64,000 nt of DNA, taken from the NCBI GenBank assembly GCA_963813075.1, contig CAWEXU010000004.1, positions 32,001 through 96,000 on the forward strand, in the 5' to 3' direction. Origin of the DNA: Methanotrichaceae archaeon (GTDB lineage: Archaea; Halobacteriota; Methanosarcinia; Methanotrichales; Methanotrichaceae). Positions 21,525 to 30,476 of the stretch are shown here, in pieces (the stretch's first letter is position 1; every line of letters begins with the position of its first letter). The notes beneath the pieces are model-generated. The model had not been told where the DNA came from. It was given only the letters and a program-made list of their open reading frames with translations, and did not search any database. The position numbers were made by a program, and so were the translations under genes.

Positions 21525-22527
21525 CCTCCTTCTCGCGGTGAGGGCAAAGAAGGAGGATGTAGCTGCCACTCTGAAGATCATCATTGAACAGGGATTGCTG
21601 GATCGCAGCCGAAAGGTGGTGGAGAAGAGCAGCTATGTGGAGATACCGGTCACAGATTTTGTGCCCGGCTTTCAGGTCATATCTCAGAACAGTCCAGTAT
21701 TCTACCGGAAGACGCCGGATCTGACAGAAGCCCTGAAGAGTGAGCTTTTGCCAGAGGAGATAGAGCTTCTTCCTCGAGGATGGCAGATCCTGGGAGAGGT
21801 CATCGTGGTCAAGATCCATCCCCGCCTTAACCTTTACCAGGGCCGCATAGCACAGGCTCTATTGGATTTTTACCCCCGCTGCAAGACCGTCCTGCGTGAC
21901 TATGGCATAGAGGGCCCCTTCAGAGAGCCGATGCGGGAGACGATCGCCGGCACGAAGACAGAGACTGTACATCGAGAGAATGGAGTCACTTTTAACCTCG
22001 ATGCCAGAAAGGTGATGTTCTCGGCAGGCAACCTGAGTGAGCGCATGCGCATGAGCAATCTTGGCCGGGGAGAGTATGTGGTGGACATGTTCGCCGGAAT
22101 TGGCTATTTCTCCATTCCCATGGCCGTTCACTCCCGGCCCAGCAAGATCCTGGCCATCGAATTGAACCCCAATGCTTACCACTATCTCTGCCAGAACATC
22201 AGAATGAATCGGGTAGAGGAGATAGTAGAGCCCGTTCTGGGTGATTGCGCGAAGGTGACTCCAGAGGGGGTGGCGGATAGGGTGGTGATGGGCATGGTCC
22301 AGGTAACCGATCGATATCTTCTAAAGGGGATCGGCGCTCTGCGGCCGGGCGGGGTGCTGCACTATCATCAGACTATACCATCAAGTATGCACCCCAAAAA
22401 GGCTATATGCGACATCGAGGAGGCGGCGAGGGCTATTGGAAGGCGATTCCAGATTCTGAGATGTATTCGGGTGAAGAAGTACTCTCCAGGAGTGGTCCAT
22501 TCGGTAGTGGATGCCAGGATAGAATAG
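21496..22527 (+). CDS. Trm5/TYW2(Taw2)-family SAM-dependent tRNA modification enzyme
   Basis: TETVHRENG, KVMFSAGNLSER, VDMFAGIGYFSIP, ELNP, KKYSPG. Confidence 0.85.
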   Translation: MSKATPKRASLLLAVRAKKEDVAATLKIIIEQGLLDRSRKVVEKSSYVEIPVTDFVPGFQVISQNSPVFYRKTPDLTEALKSELLPEEIELLPRGWQILGEVIVVKIHPRLNLYQGRIAQALLDFYPRCKTVLRDYGIEGPFREPMRETIAGTKTETVHRENGVTFNLDARKVMFSAGNLSERMRMSNLGRGEYVVDMFAGIGYFSIPMAVHSRPSKILAIELNPNAYHYLCQNIRMNRVEEIVEPVLGDCAKVTPEGVADRVVMGMVQVTDRYLLKGIGALRPGGVLHYHQTIPSSMHPKKAICDIEEAARAIGRRFQILRCIRVKKYSPGVVHSVVDARIE

Positions 22528-22683
22528 CCGTAATGGCGAAATTGCATCGGGATAGAAAGGTCATGACCGCTGCCCGAATGTGCTCAAGAAAACGGATAGG
22601 AGAAGGAAGTCTGTGATAAGGCAGCAGGTATCGAGGAAATGGATCGATAGATTAATAACCACCTGTTGCAAGGTTAGAGGCGA

Positions 22684-22756
22684 AGCCCGGTAGTGTAGCG
22701 GTCAATCACAGGAGGCTCTGGACCTCCTTACCTAGGTTCGAATCCTGGCCGGGCTA
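22684..22756 (+). tRNA. tRNA-Gln(CUG)
   Basis: Acceptor AGCCCGG/CCGGGCT, anticodon arm GGAGG-CT-CTG-GA-CCTCC, GGTTCGAATCC T-arm; no encoded CCA. Confidence 0.95.
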
Positions 22757-22791
22757 CTTTTCCGTATTCGAATTATGCTGTGAAATTCCTT

Positions 22792-23118
22792 TCACGGATC
22801 AATGCGATCTCTCTTCAACTCATCCATGGCCTCTGGGGTGAGCCTGATCTCTGCCAGCTGGATTGCACCCATCGAGGAGATCATCCTGGTCATCATCTCT
22901 GATATCCTCCTCCCCAGGTCTTCCTCTTTGCTGAATAGGGCCATGGATAAAGCATAGCCAAGGTTGTATGCCGTCCAGCTGGCATAGGTGAAGTGGACCA
23001 TCAGATCCTCCACCCTCCCTTCAACCCAGGGGCCATCCGATTCCTCGCAGATCACTCTGGATCGAATCTGATTCAAGCTCTGGATTTCCGCCTCAAACTG
23101 AACTAAACCCTGTCTCAT
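22792..23118 (-). CDS. Hypothetical protein
   Basis: 108-aa ORF after GATGTGA; no family recognised. Confidence 0.55.
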   Translation of the reverse strand: MRQGLVQFEAEIQSLNQIRSRVICEESDGPWVEGRVEDLMVHFTYASWTAYNLGYALSMALFSKEEDLGRRISEMMTRMISSMGAIQLAEIRLTPEAMDELKRDRIDP

Positions 23119-23229
23119 AAGATATCACATCCTTTGTGCTTGGTTTGCTTTCGGCCGTTTTTTCTGTTCCATGCAGCTGTCCAGTTACTGTTTGCCAAAT
23201 AGCTATTGTTTATTAGGCACTCATTCCTA

Positions 23230-24550
23230 GTCAACTACCGCGTCCTGAAGGGCGCGGCTTGCGACTACGCAAAAAGTCGTGTCGCGTCTGGCGGGCTGAC
23301 ATTACCGCCCTGAGACTCCAGGATATACCTCAAGTCTCGTGTTCGGTGCTCTATGTTCATAGCACCAGCTCTGTCGGCATGGGTTTCGTAACCGCATTTT
23401 TCGCATCGGAAGGCTACACCGCAGCGGTTAATTCGGCTGATGTGGTTACATCTGGGGCAAGTTTGGGAAGTATATTCAGGATTTACATAGATTACCGCTA
23501 TCCCGGCTTCTTTAGCTTTGTATTCCACGAAAGCCTGTAGTTGCCTGAATGCCCAACTGCTATGCTCGTACCTGAATTCTGTAGAGACTTTGTTTCCCGC
23601 TCTCTTCCTGATGCCCGTCAAATCTTCCATGCCTATTACCGAAACGTCATTATCTATAGCAAATTCTATGAGATCCCTGGATACCTTATGGTTGACGGCA
23701 GTCATGAACCGTGTCTCTCGACCTGCTATTTTTCTAAGAGTTGTCATAGAAGATCGAGTGCCCAAATATCGACCGCCTGCTTTCTGCAATCTCCGGCGTT
23801 CCTTGGATCGGATGTTTCGGTGATTCTTGATTTCACCACCTGCGAAGAATTTGCATTGCTTGTCCGTGGTAGATGCAACCGCGAGACAGTTAATACCGAC
23901 ATCAACACCCATGAAAGTGGATGCATCAACTATATTCTTATCTGGAATATCCTTTGCACAGGCCAAATGGAAAAAGTAAGCTCCGTTCTTATGTAAACAA
24001 AGCTTGGATGCCAGATATTTCCAGGACCCGTCTAAATATCTCTGAGCATACTGGTAATTCCAGAGCTTATATCTCCTTCGACCCGCTAATGTGGTTATGC
24101 TCAAGGTATCTTTGGATAAGCCAAAATCGCGTTCAAAGGAGAATGTAGCCGAGGTTGGATCGAAATCGAGTAATTGCCATTCTGATTCTCTTTTGTCGAT
24201 CTGACTCTGAAGTGTTTTGTAAGCTCCTGAAACCTGGCGAGCTACATTGCAAGCCATCTGAGATTTCAGGTTAAGATTGTTCCGCAGATGCTTGTAAGTG
24301 GCTTTTTGGATAAGTCCACTTCCAACAGGCTTGCCAATTTCAAACACGATTTGCGAGGCATAATTCATGCCTTGAGAGAACGCTTTTAGCAACTCTGCTA
24401 GATCATTATCCGATGCATCTAATTTCAGGATAATGGTCTTTGTGAGCTGCATGGCTTGTTATATTCACTTAATGCTATATATTTTTATCTCAGGTGAAGA
24501 TATTTATACGCGCTCCTCCCCACCGCAAACGATGGAGACTCCGCGCTGCT
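23230..24550 (-). mobile_element. IS200/IS605-family tnpB-only (IS1341-like) element; left end approximate
   Basis: Right end ...CAAGCCGCGCCCTTCAGGACGCGGTAGTTGAC at 23230; subterminal hairpin at ~24510-24547; no tnpA. Confidence 0.85.
23265..24452 (-). CDS. tnpB: TnpB RNA-guided nuclease
   Basis: RuvC GVDVG / MEDL / ADRAGAMNI intact; TSQTCPRC..CEKC zinc finger. Confidence 0.95.
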   Translation of the reverse strand: MQLTKTIILKLDASDNDLAELLKAFSQGMNYASQIVFEIGKPVGSGLIQKATYKHLRNNLNLKSQMACNVARQVSGAYKTLQSQIDKRESEWQLLDFDPTSATFSFERDFGLSKDTLSITTLAGRRRYKLWNYQYAQRYLDGSWKYLASKLCLHKNGAYFFHLACAKDIPDKNIVDASTFMGVDVGINCLAVASTTDKQCKFFAGGEIKNHRNIRSKERRRLQKAGGRYLGTRSSMTTLRKIAGRETRFMTAVNHKVSRDLIEFAIDNDVSVIGMEDLTGIRKRAGNKVSTEFRYEHSSWAFRQLQAFVEYKAKEAGIAVIYVNPEYTSQTCPRCNHISRINRCGVAFRCEKCGYETHADRAGAMNIEHRTRDLRYILESQGGNVSPPDATRLFA

Positions 24551-24734
24551 GCGAGTTGAAGGTTGTTGTCTTAATCGCGAGGCTGCAAGCTGGGAGGAGA
24601 CCGTTCGGGATATCGCACTAACTATATTTAAAAATATCATCAGAAGAATAAATTAACCATAAGGTTGCGCCATTTTAATAGTTGCCCTCTGTCCCGAAAA
24701 CTAGATATATCTATAACGAATAAAAAAGTATTTT

Positions 24735-25180
24735 GCCGCGTGATACCCTCGAATAGATGCGGACTGATAAGCCGATTAAGCCTTTGCCGGCCAATCATCC
24801 TGGCAATGGGTGATTGATCTCATCCTCCATCAAAGAGCCAGATCAATCAAGCTGGGCCGGATGGCGCCGCACGAATAAAGGTGCAGGTCTTCGGCAGTCT
24901 GGCGAAAACGCCATTGAGCGCAATATAAGATCCTGTCGCCAAGTCTGCATGATGATGATCGCGGAGCGGGTAGTGCGAAGGAATGAGCCATGAAAGATCC
25001 CTCACCACCGGTGATCGGGTCCCCGTAAAAAGGGCGCTGTGCAAGAATCCAGTGCTGTCTGGCTTCTTCCTCGCATTGGCTGAGGGCGGGATGAGACAGC
25101 CACATAATATGCGGATCTGTTTCCTCTTGAGGGGAGCGCTGTGGCCTGGCGTTTGTCCTGCCTCTATCTCACCTGCTAAT
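24735..25180 (+). ncRNA. Candidate large structured ncRNA, family unknown
   Basis: Nested long-range helices with G-U pairs on + strand, upstream BRE/TATA-like motif, no credible ORF. Confidence 0.55.
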
Positions 25181-25210
25181 CCAATTTTCCTGAAATTCCC
25201 TTTTCAAGCA

Positions 25211-25244
25211 AAAAATTTATATCATACCACTATCATAAGGTTAG
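25211..25244 (+). promoter_or_regulatory. hsp20 promoter (BRE/TATA) and HSR1-like operator CTATC-N5-GTTAG
   Basis: AAAAATTTATAT then CTATCATAAGGTTAG (25230-25244). Confidence 0.5.
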
Positions 25245-25275
25245 TATGCTAAAGTAATTGTGAGGTGAAATAGAT

Positions 25276-25863
25276 ATGTGGGACAAGAAGTATCCATCAA
25301 TATTCGATATATTTGAGAGTTTCACAAAAGGCTTCCCCTTTGAGAGGAAGGAGAGGTTCGAGGATGATTGGTTCAAAGAGCCCTTTGAGAGCATGATCCA
25401 GAGGTTCGAGGAATCCATGCCCAGCGAGTTCAATGAACTGATTCGCGAGGAGGAGACACCCTCTGGCGTATCTCGCCGCTATGGGCCCTTCGTCTATGGC
25501 TTCAGCTACACCGCAGAGCCGGGAAAGGAGCCCGTATTCCAGGAGTTTGGCAACATCAAGCCCTCCTACCGGGGAATTGAGCCCAGCCAGGGCAGAGAGC
25601 CACTGGTCGATGTCATGAGCGAGAAGGACAAGTTCAAGATATTCGTCGAGCTTCCAGGCGTCGAAAAGGAAAAGGTGAAGCTGGATGTGGCAGAGGACAG
25701 CGTGGAGATCAAAACCGATGACGAGAAGAAGTTCTACAAGATGATATATCTGGACTCCACCGTAGATCCGGACAGCGCCAAGGCCTCCTACAAGAACGGC
25801 ATATTAACCCTGGAGCTGGATAAGAAAGAGACGAGAAAAGGAAAAGAGGTGAAGATCGACTAG
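25276..25863 (+). CDS. hsp20: Archaeal small heat-shock protein Hsp20
   Basis: GPFVYGFS, EFGN, REPLVDV, ELPGV, ASYKNGIL. Confidence 0.95.
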   Translation: MWDKKYPSIFDIFESFTKGFPFERKERFEDDWFKEPFESMIQRFEESMPSEFNELIREEETPSGVSRRYGPFVYGFSYTAEPGKEPVFQEFGNIKPSYRGIEPSQGREPLVDVMSEKDKFKIFVELPGVEKEKVKLDVAEDSVEIKTDDEKKFYKMIYLDSTVDPDSAKASYKNGILTLELDKKETRKGKEVKID

Positions 25864-26301
25864 GAGGATCCAATAGGTGAACAAATGGGCGGATCGAAGA
25901 AGGGATTGAAAGCTAGAATATCCTTTCGGGCATCCGTTCTGACATCCATTCTGGATGCATCCGGAATAGTGGGATGGACGGGGCGGTGAGACCAGGTGGC
26001 AGGGCGCTCCTGTCTTGCCCCTGGGATGGATAGGTCGGTGATCTGCCTGGGTTTGACCTGATGTGATGTGTTCTGCTCAACCTTTTATTAATCAGTATGA
26101 AGCAATAACTTGAGCAATTGGCTCCCTATACAGAACAGAGTATATCACCAATTCTATGCAAAATTGCAGGATTTCTTTTACATATTATACCTAGATAAAG
26201 GCTACATGAAATTCATATGATTCAAAATATGAGTATAATAATCTAATAAAAAGCCAATGTGAAAAACAACTACTTAAATCATTCCGTACCATGTAGATTA
26301 C

Positions 26302-26475
26302 ATGCAGCAGATGAGTGAGATATGGGGGCAGGGAATTGAGGTGGGTGATGATGGCCAAAACGGCATATTTCGGGTTCTCGGCCGGGTTATGCAGGGCAAA
26401 TACGGAGATGTAATCCTGCTATGCACGGTCATGGCCGCCTTCGTTATGCTCCTGGCGTTCTCTGCCTCCTGCTGA
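26302..26475 (+). CDS. 57-aa putative membrane protein (below ORF-track cutoff)
   Basis: MQQMSEIW...VILLCTVMAAFVMLLAFSASC*; CTTAAAT TATA-like box ~25 nt upstream. Confidence 0.5.
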   Translation: MQQMSEIWGQGIEVGDDGQNGIFRVLGRVMQGKYGDVILLCTVMAAFVMLLAFSASC

Positions 26476-26592
26476 GATAAGCCAGCAGGTGGGCAAGAGA
26501 TCTGCCCTCCGGAGATCTGCGTAATCCCCTCTTTTTCCATAACAAAGATTAAATTACCTCCGATACTCTGGTGCCATACCGAGGATTGGGAA

Positions 26593-28338
26593 ATGGACAG
26601 GAATGAGTTGGTAAATGAACTTGCCCGCAGGCGGGGCTTTCTCTGGCCCGCTTTCGAGCTCTACGGCGGAGCGGCGGGATTTTACGATTACGGCCCTCTG
26701 GGAGCACCACTCAAGAGGCGCATTGAAGACATCTGGCGGCAGTATTTCGTCATTGCCGAGGGTTTCGCAGAGATCGAGGCCCCAACCATCGGGGTGGAGG
26801 GGATCTATCAGGCTTCAGGCCATTTGAGCGGATTTTCCGATCCCCTCACCGGCTGCAAAGAGTGCAAGGAGGTCTACCGGGCAGATCACCTGATAAAGCA
26901 TATCATAGAGGTTCCCGATGCCCTGAAAAATGATGAGATCTACCGCTGCATGCAGGAGAATGAGATCACCTGCCCGGAATGCGGCGGCGAGCTCTCAGAG
27001 GTCTATGAGTTCAATCTCATGTTCAAGACCATGATCGGCCCGGGAAATAAGATGACCGGCTACATGAGGCCGGAGACTGCCCAGGGGATGTTCATCAACT
27101 TCCCCCGGCTCCTGCGTTACTTCCGGGGGGCTCTGCCTTTTGCGGCAGTGCAGATCGGCAAGTCCTATCGAAATGAGATCTCCCCCCGTCAGGGAGTGAT
27201 CAGGTTGAGGGAGTTCACCCAGGCTGAGGCCGAGATCTTCATCGACCCGCGGGACAAAACACACCCCAGATTCGATGAGGTAAAGGATATCCGGATGAAG
27301 TTCTACTCCCAGGAGGCGCAGGAGAGGGGAGAAGAGGATGAGATGAGCTTTGGCGAAGCGGTGGAAAAGGGAGTTGTCGCTCACCAGACTCTGGCCTATT
27401 ATGTGGCCCGGACATACCAGTACCTCCTGGCGGTGGGCATAGACCCGCAAAAGCTTCGCTTCCGCCAGCATAAGTCCGACGAGATGGCCCATTATGCTGC
27501 CGACTGCTGGGATGCGGAGGTCCTTTTGGACCGGCTGGGCTGGATAGAGCTGGTGGGGGTGGCGGACAGGACCGACTACGACCTTAAAGCCCATACTGCA
27601 GTCAGCAAGGTGAACCTTTCCGTCTTCGTCAATTACGACCAACCCGTAAAGCGGCAGAAGCTGGTGGTCAAACCCGATTTCAAGGCCCTGGGGCCGATGT
27701 TCAAGGGGAAGGCCAAAGCGGTAGCTGAGGCCTTGCGCGCCCTCACTCCCCAGGAGCTGAGCGGGGATAAGATTCAGTTGTCTGTGGATGGAGAGATTAT
27801 CGATATTGACCGGGCTTTAGTCTCCTTTGAGGAGGTTGAGGAGGAGGTGCGGGGAGAGGAAGTGGTGCCTCATGTGATTGAGCCCTCCTTTGGCATTGAC
27901 CGGATACTCTATTCCATTCTCGACCATTCCTACTACGAGGATGAGATCGATGGCGAGAAGAGAGCAGTCCTCAGGTTCAAGTCGCGAGTAGCGCCAATTG
28001 AGGTGGCTGTGCTGCCTTTAATGGATAGAAGCGAGCTGACAGGGCCGGCGAAGAGGATACTGGAGGAATTGCGTTCCCGGGGCATGAGGACGGACTACGA
28101 CACCTCCGGGTCCATCGGCAGGCGTTACCGGCGCAACGATGAGGTCGGGACACCTTATGAGGTCACTGTTGACTATGAGACCATTGAAGAGAGCACTGTC
28201 ACCATCAGGGATAGGGATAGCATGAGCCAGGTCAGGGTTCCTCGCTGGCAGGTGGTGGATAAATTGCAGGCCCTCCTCAATGGGGACCTCTCCTTCCAGG
28301 ATGCTGGCGATCCCGTCCGTTCAGCAAAGAGCGATTGA
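26593..28338 (+). CDS. glyS: Glycyl-tRNA synthetase (alpha2 type)
   Basis: YDYGPLG, RPETAQG, RNEISPRQG, EPSFGIDR. Confidence 0.97.
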   Translation: MDRNELVNELARRRGFLWPAFELYGGAAGFYDYGPLGAPLKRRIEDIWRQYFVIAEGFAEIEAPTIGVEGIYQASGHLSGFSDPLTGCKECKEVYRADHLIKHIIEVPDALKNDEIYRCMQENEITCPECGGELSEVYEFNLMFKTMIGPGNKMTGYMRPETAQGMFINFPRLLRYFRGALPFAAVQIGKSYRNEISPRQGVIRLREFTQAEAEIFIDPRDKTHPRFDEVKDIRMKFYSQEAQERGEEDEMSFGEAVEKGVVAHQTLAYYVARTYQYLLAVGIDPQKLRFRQHKSDEMAHYAADCWDAEVLLDRLGWIELVGVADRTDYDLKAHTAVSKVNLSVFVNYDQPVKRQKLVVKPDFKALGPMFKGKAKAVAEALRALTPQELSGDKIQLSVDGEIIDIDRALVSFEEVEEEVRGEEVVPHVIEPSFGIDRILYSILDHSYYEDEIDGEKRAVLRFKSRVAPIEVAVLPLMDRSELTGPAKRILEELRSRGMRTDYDTSGSIGRRYRRNDEVGTPYEVTVDYETIEESTVTIRDRDSMSQVRVPRWQVVDKLQALLNGDLSFQDAGDPVRSAKSD

Positions 28339-28356
28339 GTGGGAAAGGGCGAGGAA

Positions 28357-29022
28357 ATGGATATCTCGGAAAAGGAGTGTGCAAGAGGAGTCTCATCCCT
28401 GCCTGATATCGCCCCTGACTGGCGAAGAAGGCTGATTGTGGAGATAAGGAGAAAGGCCATTCACCTCTCCGGCCTCTCCGTCCCCCTATCTCTTCTGCTC
28501 TTTGGCAGGGATTTTACCATCGGCTTTGTGGCCCTTGCTCTGGCTATCTCGCTGATCCTGGAGTGGCAAAGGCTGAAGGGACGGATTCGCCTTCCCGAGG
28601 TGCGGGCCCAGGAGGAGCATAAGGTGGCCAGCTTCGTTTATTACATCACCGGCTGCCTCTTATGCGTCATTTTCCTTCCGAAGATGATCGCGGTGAACGC
28701 CGTCCTGCTGCTCTCTTTGGGCGACACTATCAGCGGTCTCGCGGGATCGGTTCTAGCCAACGCTGATGTGCGCGGCAGGAAAGAGATGTGGGGATGCAAG
28801 CCCTTGCCTATTATGGCCGCCATGTTCTCCGGCTGCCTTCTGATCGGATATCTGGCCTCGGGTGTAACCCAACTATCTTTTCCGGTCTATCTGGCGGGAG
28901 CAGTTGCGGCGACTATCGCTGATGGCGTATGCATAATCGTCAATGGCATGGGGCTTGACGACAACTTCTCCATACCGGTCTTCTCCGGCCTGGTGATGAC
29001 CGGGGCGGCAGCAATATTTTAG
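28357..29022 (+). CDS. Dolichol/phytol kinase-like membrane protein
   Basis: RKAIHLSG, GDTISGLAG, LDDNFSIP. Confidence 0.8.
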   Translation: MDISEKECARGVSSLPDIAPDWRRRLIVEIRRKAIHLSGLSVPLSLLLFGRDFTIGFVALALAISLILEWQRLKGRIRLPEVRAQEEHKVASFVYYITGCLLCVIFLPKMIAVNAVLLLSLGDTISGLAGSVLANADVRGRKEMWGCKPLPIMAAMFSGCLLIGYLASGVTQLSFPVYLAGAVAATIADGVCIIVNGMGLDDNFSIPVFSGLVMTGAAAIF

Positions 29023-29140
29023 ATCGTCACCTCCCAAGAGCGGGGAATGGAAAAGGTTTTTTAGTCTGGGGATTGTACTCTTTCAGCGCTTGAAAGCGGC
29101 AAATGGCTGCAAGGCTATGGGAATTAGGAGGATTGGATAA

Positions 29141-29788
29141 ATGAATATTATATTGCTCGGCCCGCCGGGATCCGGCAAGGGCACACAGGCTAAGATGATC
29201 GCCGACAAGTACAAGGTAACTCACGTATCCACCGGTGACATTTTAAGAGAGAACGTTCGCAGCGGCACCCCCCTGGGGGTTGAGGCCAAGAAGTTCATGG
29301 ATGCAGGAAAGCTGGTTCCAGATGCCCTGCTCATCGATATCATCAAGGACCGCCTGGCAAAAGACGATGTCAAGGGCGGATGGATGCTGGACGGATTCCC
29401 CAGGACCATGCCCCAGGCAGAGGCACTGGACAAGATCCTGCCCACTCTGGGCCAGAAGATCGATGTGGTCCTGAATATCGATGTTCCGGATGAGGAGCTG
29501 GTAAAGAGGGTCACAGGAAGGAGAATGTGCAAGTGCGGCACCACCTATCACGTTCAGTTCAACCCGCCAAAGGTGGCCGGAAAGTGCGATGCCTGCGGCG
29601 CAGACCTCTACCAGAGGGCGGATGACAACGAGGAGACGGTCAAGCAGAGGCTGTCTGCCTATCATGCCCAGACCCAGCCTTTGATCGACTACTACAACAA
29701 GCGCGGCATTGTGGCCACGGTGCTTGGCGTGGGCGACATCAAGGCCATCTTCGGCGAGGTCGTCAAGGCTCTGGATAAGAGGGCATAG
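29141..29788 (+). CDS. adk: Adenylate kinase
   Basis: GPPGSGKGTQA, STGDILR, LDGFPR, zinc lid. Confidence 0.97.
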   Translation: MNIILLGPPGSGKGTQAKMIADKYKVTHVSTGDILRENVRSGTPLGVEAKKFMDAGKLVPDALLIDIIKDRLAKDDVKGGWMLDGFPRTMPQAEALDKILPTLGQKIDVVLNIDVPDEELVKRVTGRRMCKCGTTYHVQFNPPKVAGKCDACGADLYQRADDNEETVKQRLSAYHAQTQPLIDYYNKRGIVATVLGVGDIKAIFGEVVKALDKRA

Positions 29789-29874
29789 AGCCTTCGAAAT
29801 CCTTTTTTCAAAATTTTTTGGCTGGCTACCGGCAAAAGAGAAAATAGAGTACTGTTTTTGATCCGCGGTCGTGT

Positions 29875-30215
29875 CTATCGCTTTGGAATCCAGACCAGCT
29901 TTCTTTCTATTGTCGCCTCGGCGTTCTCCGTCAGGATGAGCCGCTGAGCCTTGTGCCTTCCCGTTTTCGCTATGAATTTTGGATCACTGACCTTTCTGGC
30001 TTCTGCTCTGATTCTATAGCCATAGATGGAGTCTCCAACTTCATAGCATTCCATCAAAGCACCTCCAGCCTCCCTTCTCATTTCAGCTCCTCCACGATCT
30101 GGCAGACCAGCTTAAAGTCAATCTCCAGGTCTTCTTCGATCTCGGATGGATATGCCTCTCTTCTTTCCTGGAAATATCCCATGACTTCCTTTTTAGCGGT
30201 ATCGTAATCAACTCA
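29875..30215 (-). pseudogene. Decayed two-gene remnant (wHTH-like fragment plus short ORF), possibly toxin-antitoxin
   Basis: DYDTAKKEVMGYFQERREAYPSEIEEDLEIDFKLVCQIVEELK*EGRLEVL with internal stop and no start. Confidence 0.4.
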
Positions 30216-30476
30216 CGAACCCCAGTAATGGCGGGGAGCTTGCTCAAGGGATCTCAAGGCCAGGGGTTAAGGTAACTGGATGGATGCGACCAACTTGCAT
30301 GACCGTCTTCGGACAAATCTACAGCCGAGACCCTTGAGACCGGCATGCTGTGGAGTGAGGATTTGCTCACTTTACTGAAATGATCTCATGAGCTTTGAAG
30401 AAGTGAAATGATGATCAACTGACGCTAAAAAGTGAATCATTAAATTAAAATAATAGTTCAAAAAATTGATGGTGAG

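Noticed and set aside
24735..25180. RNase P RNA, SRP RNA, or an IStron group I intron attached to tnpB
   Set aside because: No GAGGAAAGUCC/ACAGAA..GGCUUA P4 pair, no SRP helix-8 motif and no clear group I core. G-U pairs favour the strand opposite tnpB. A covariance search is still needed.
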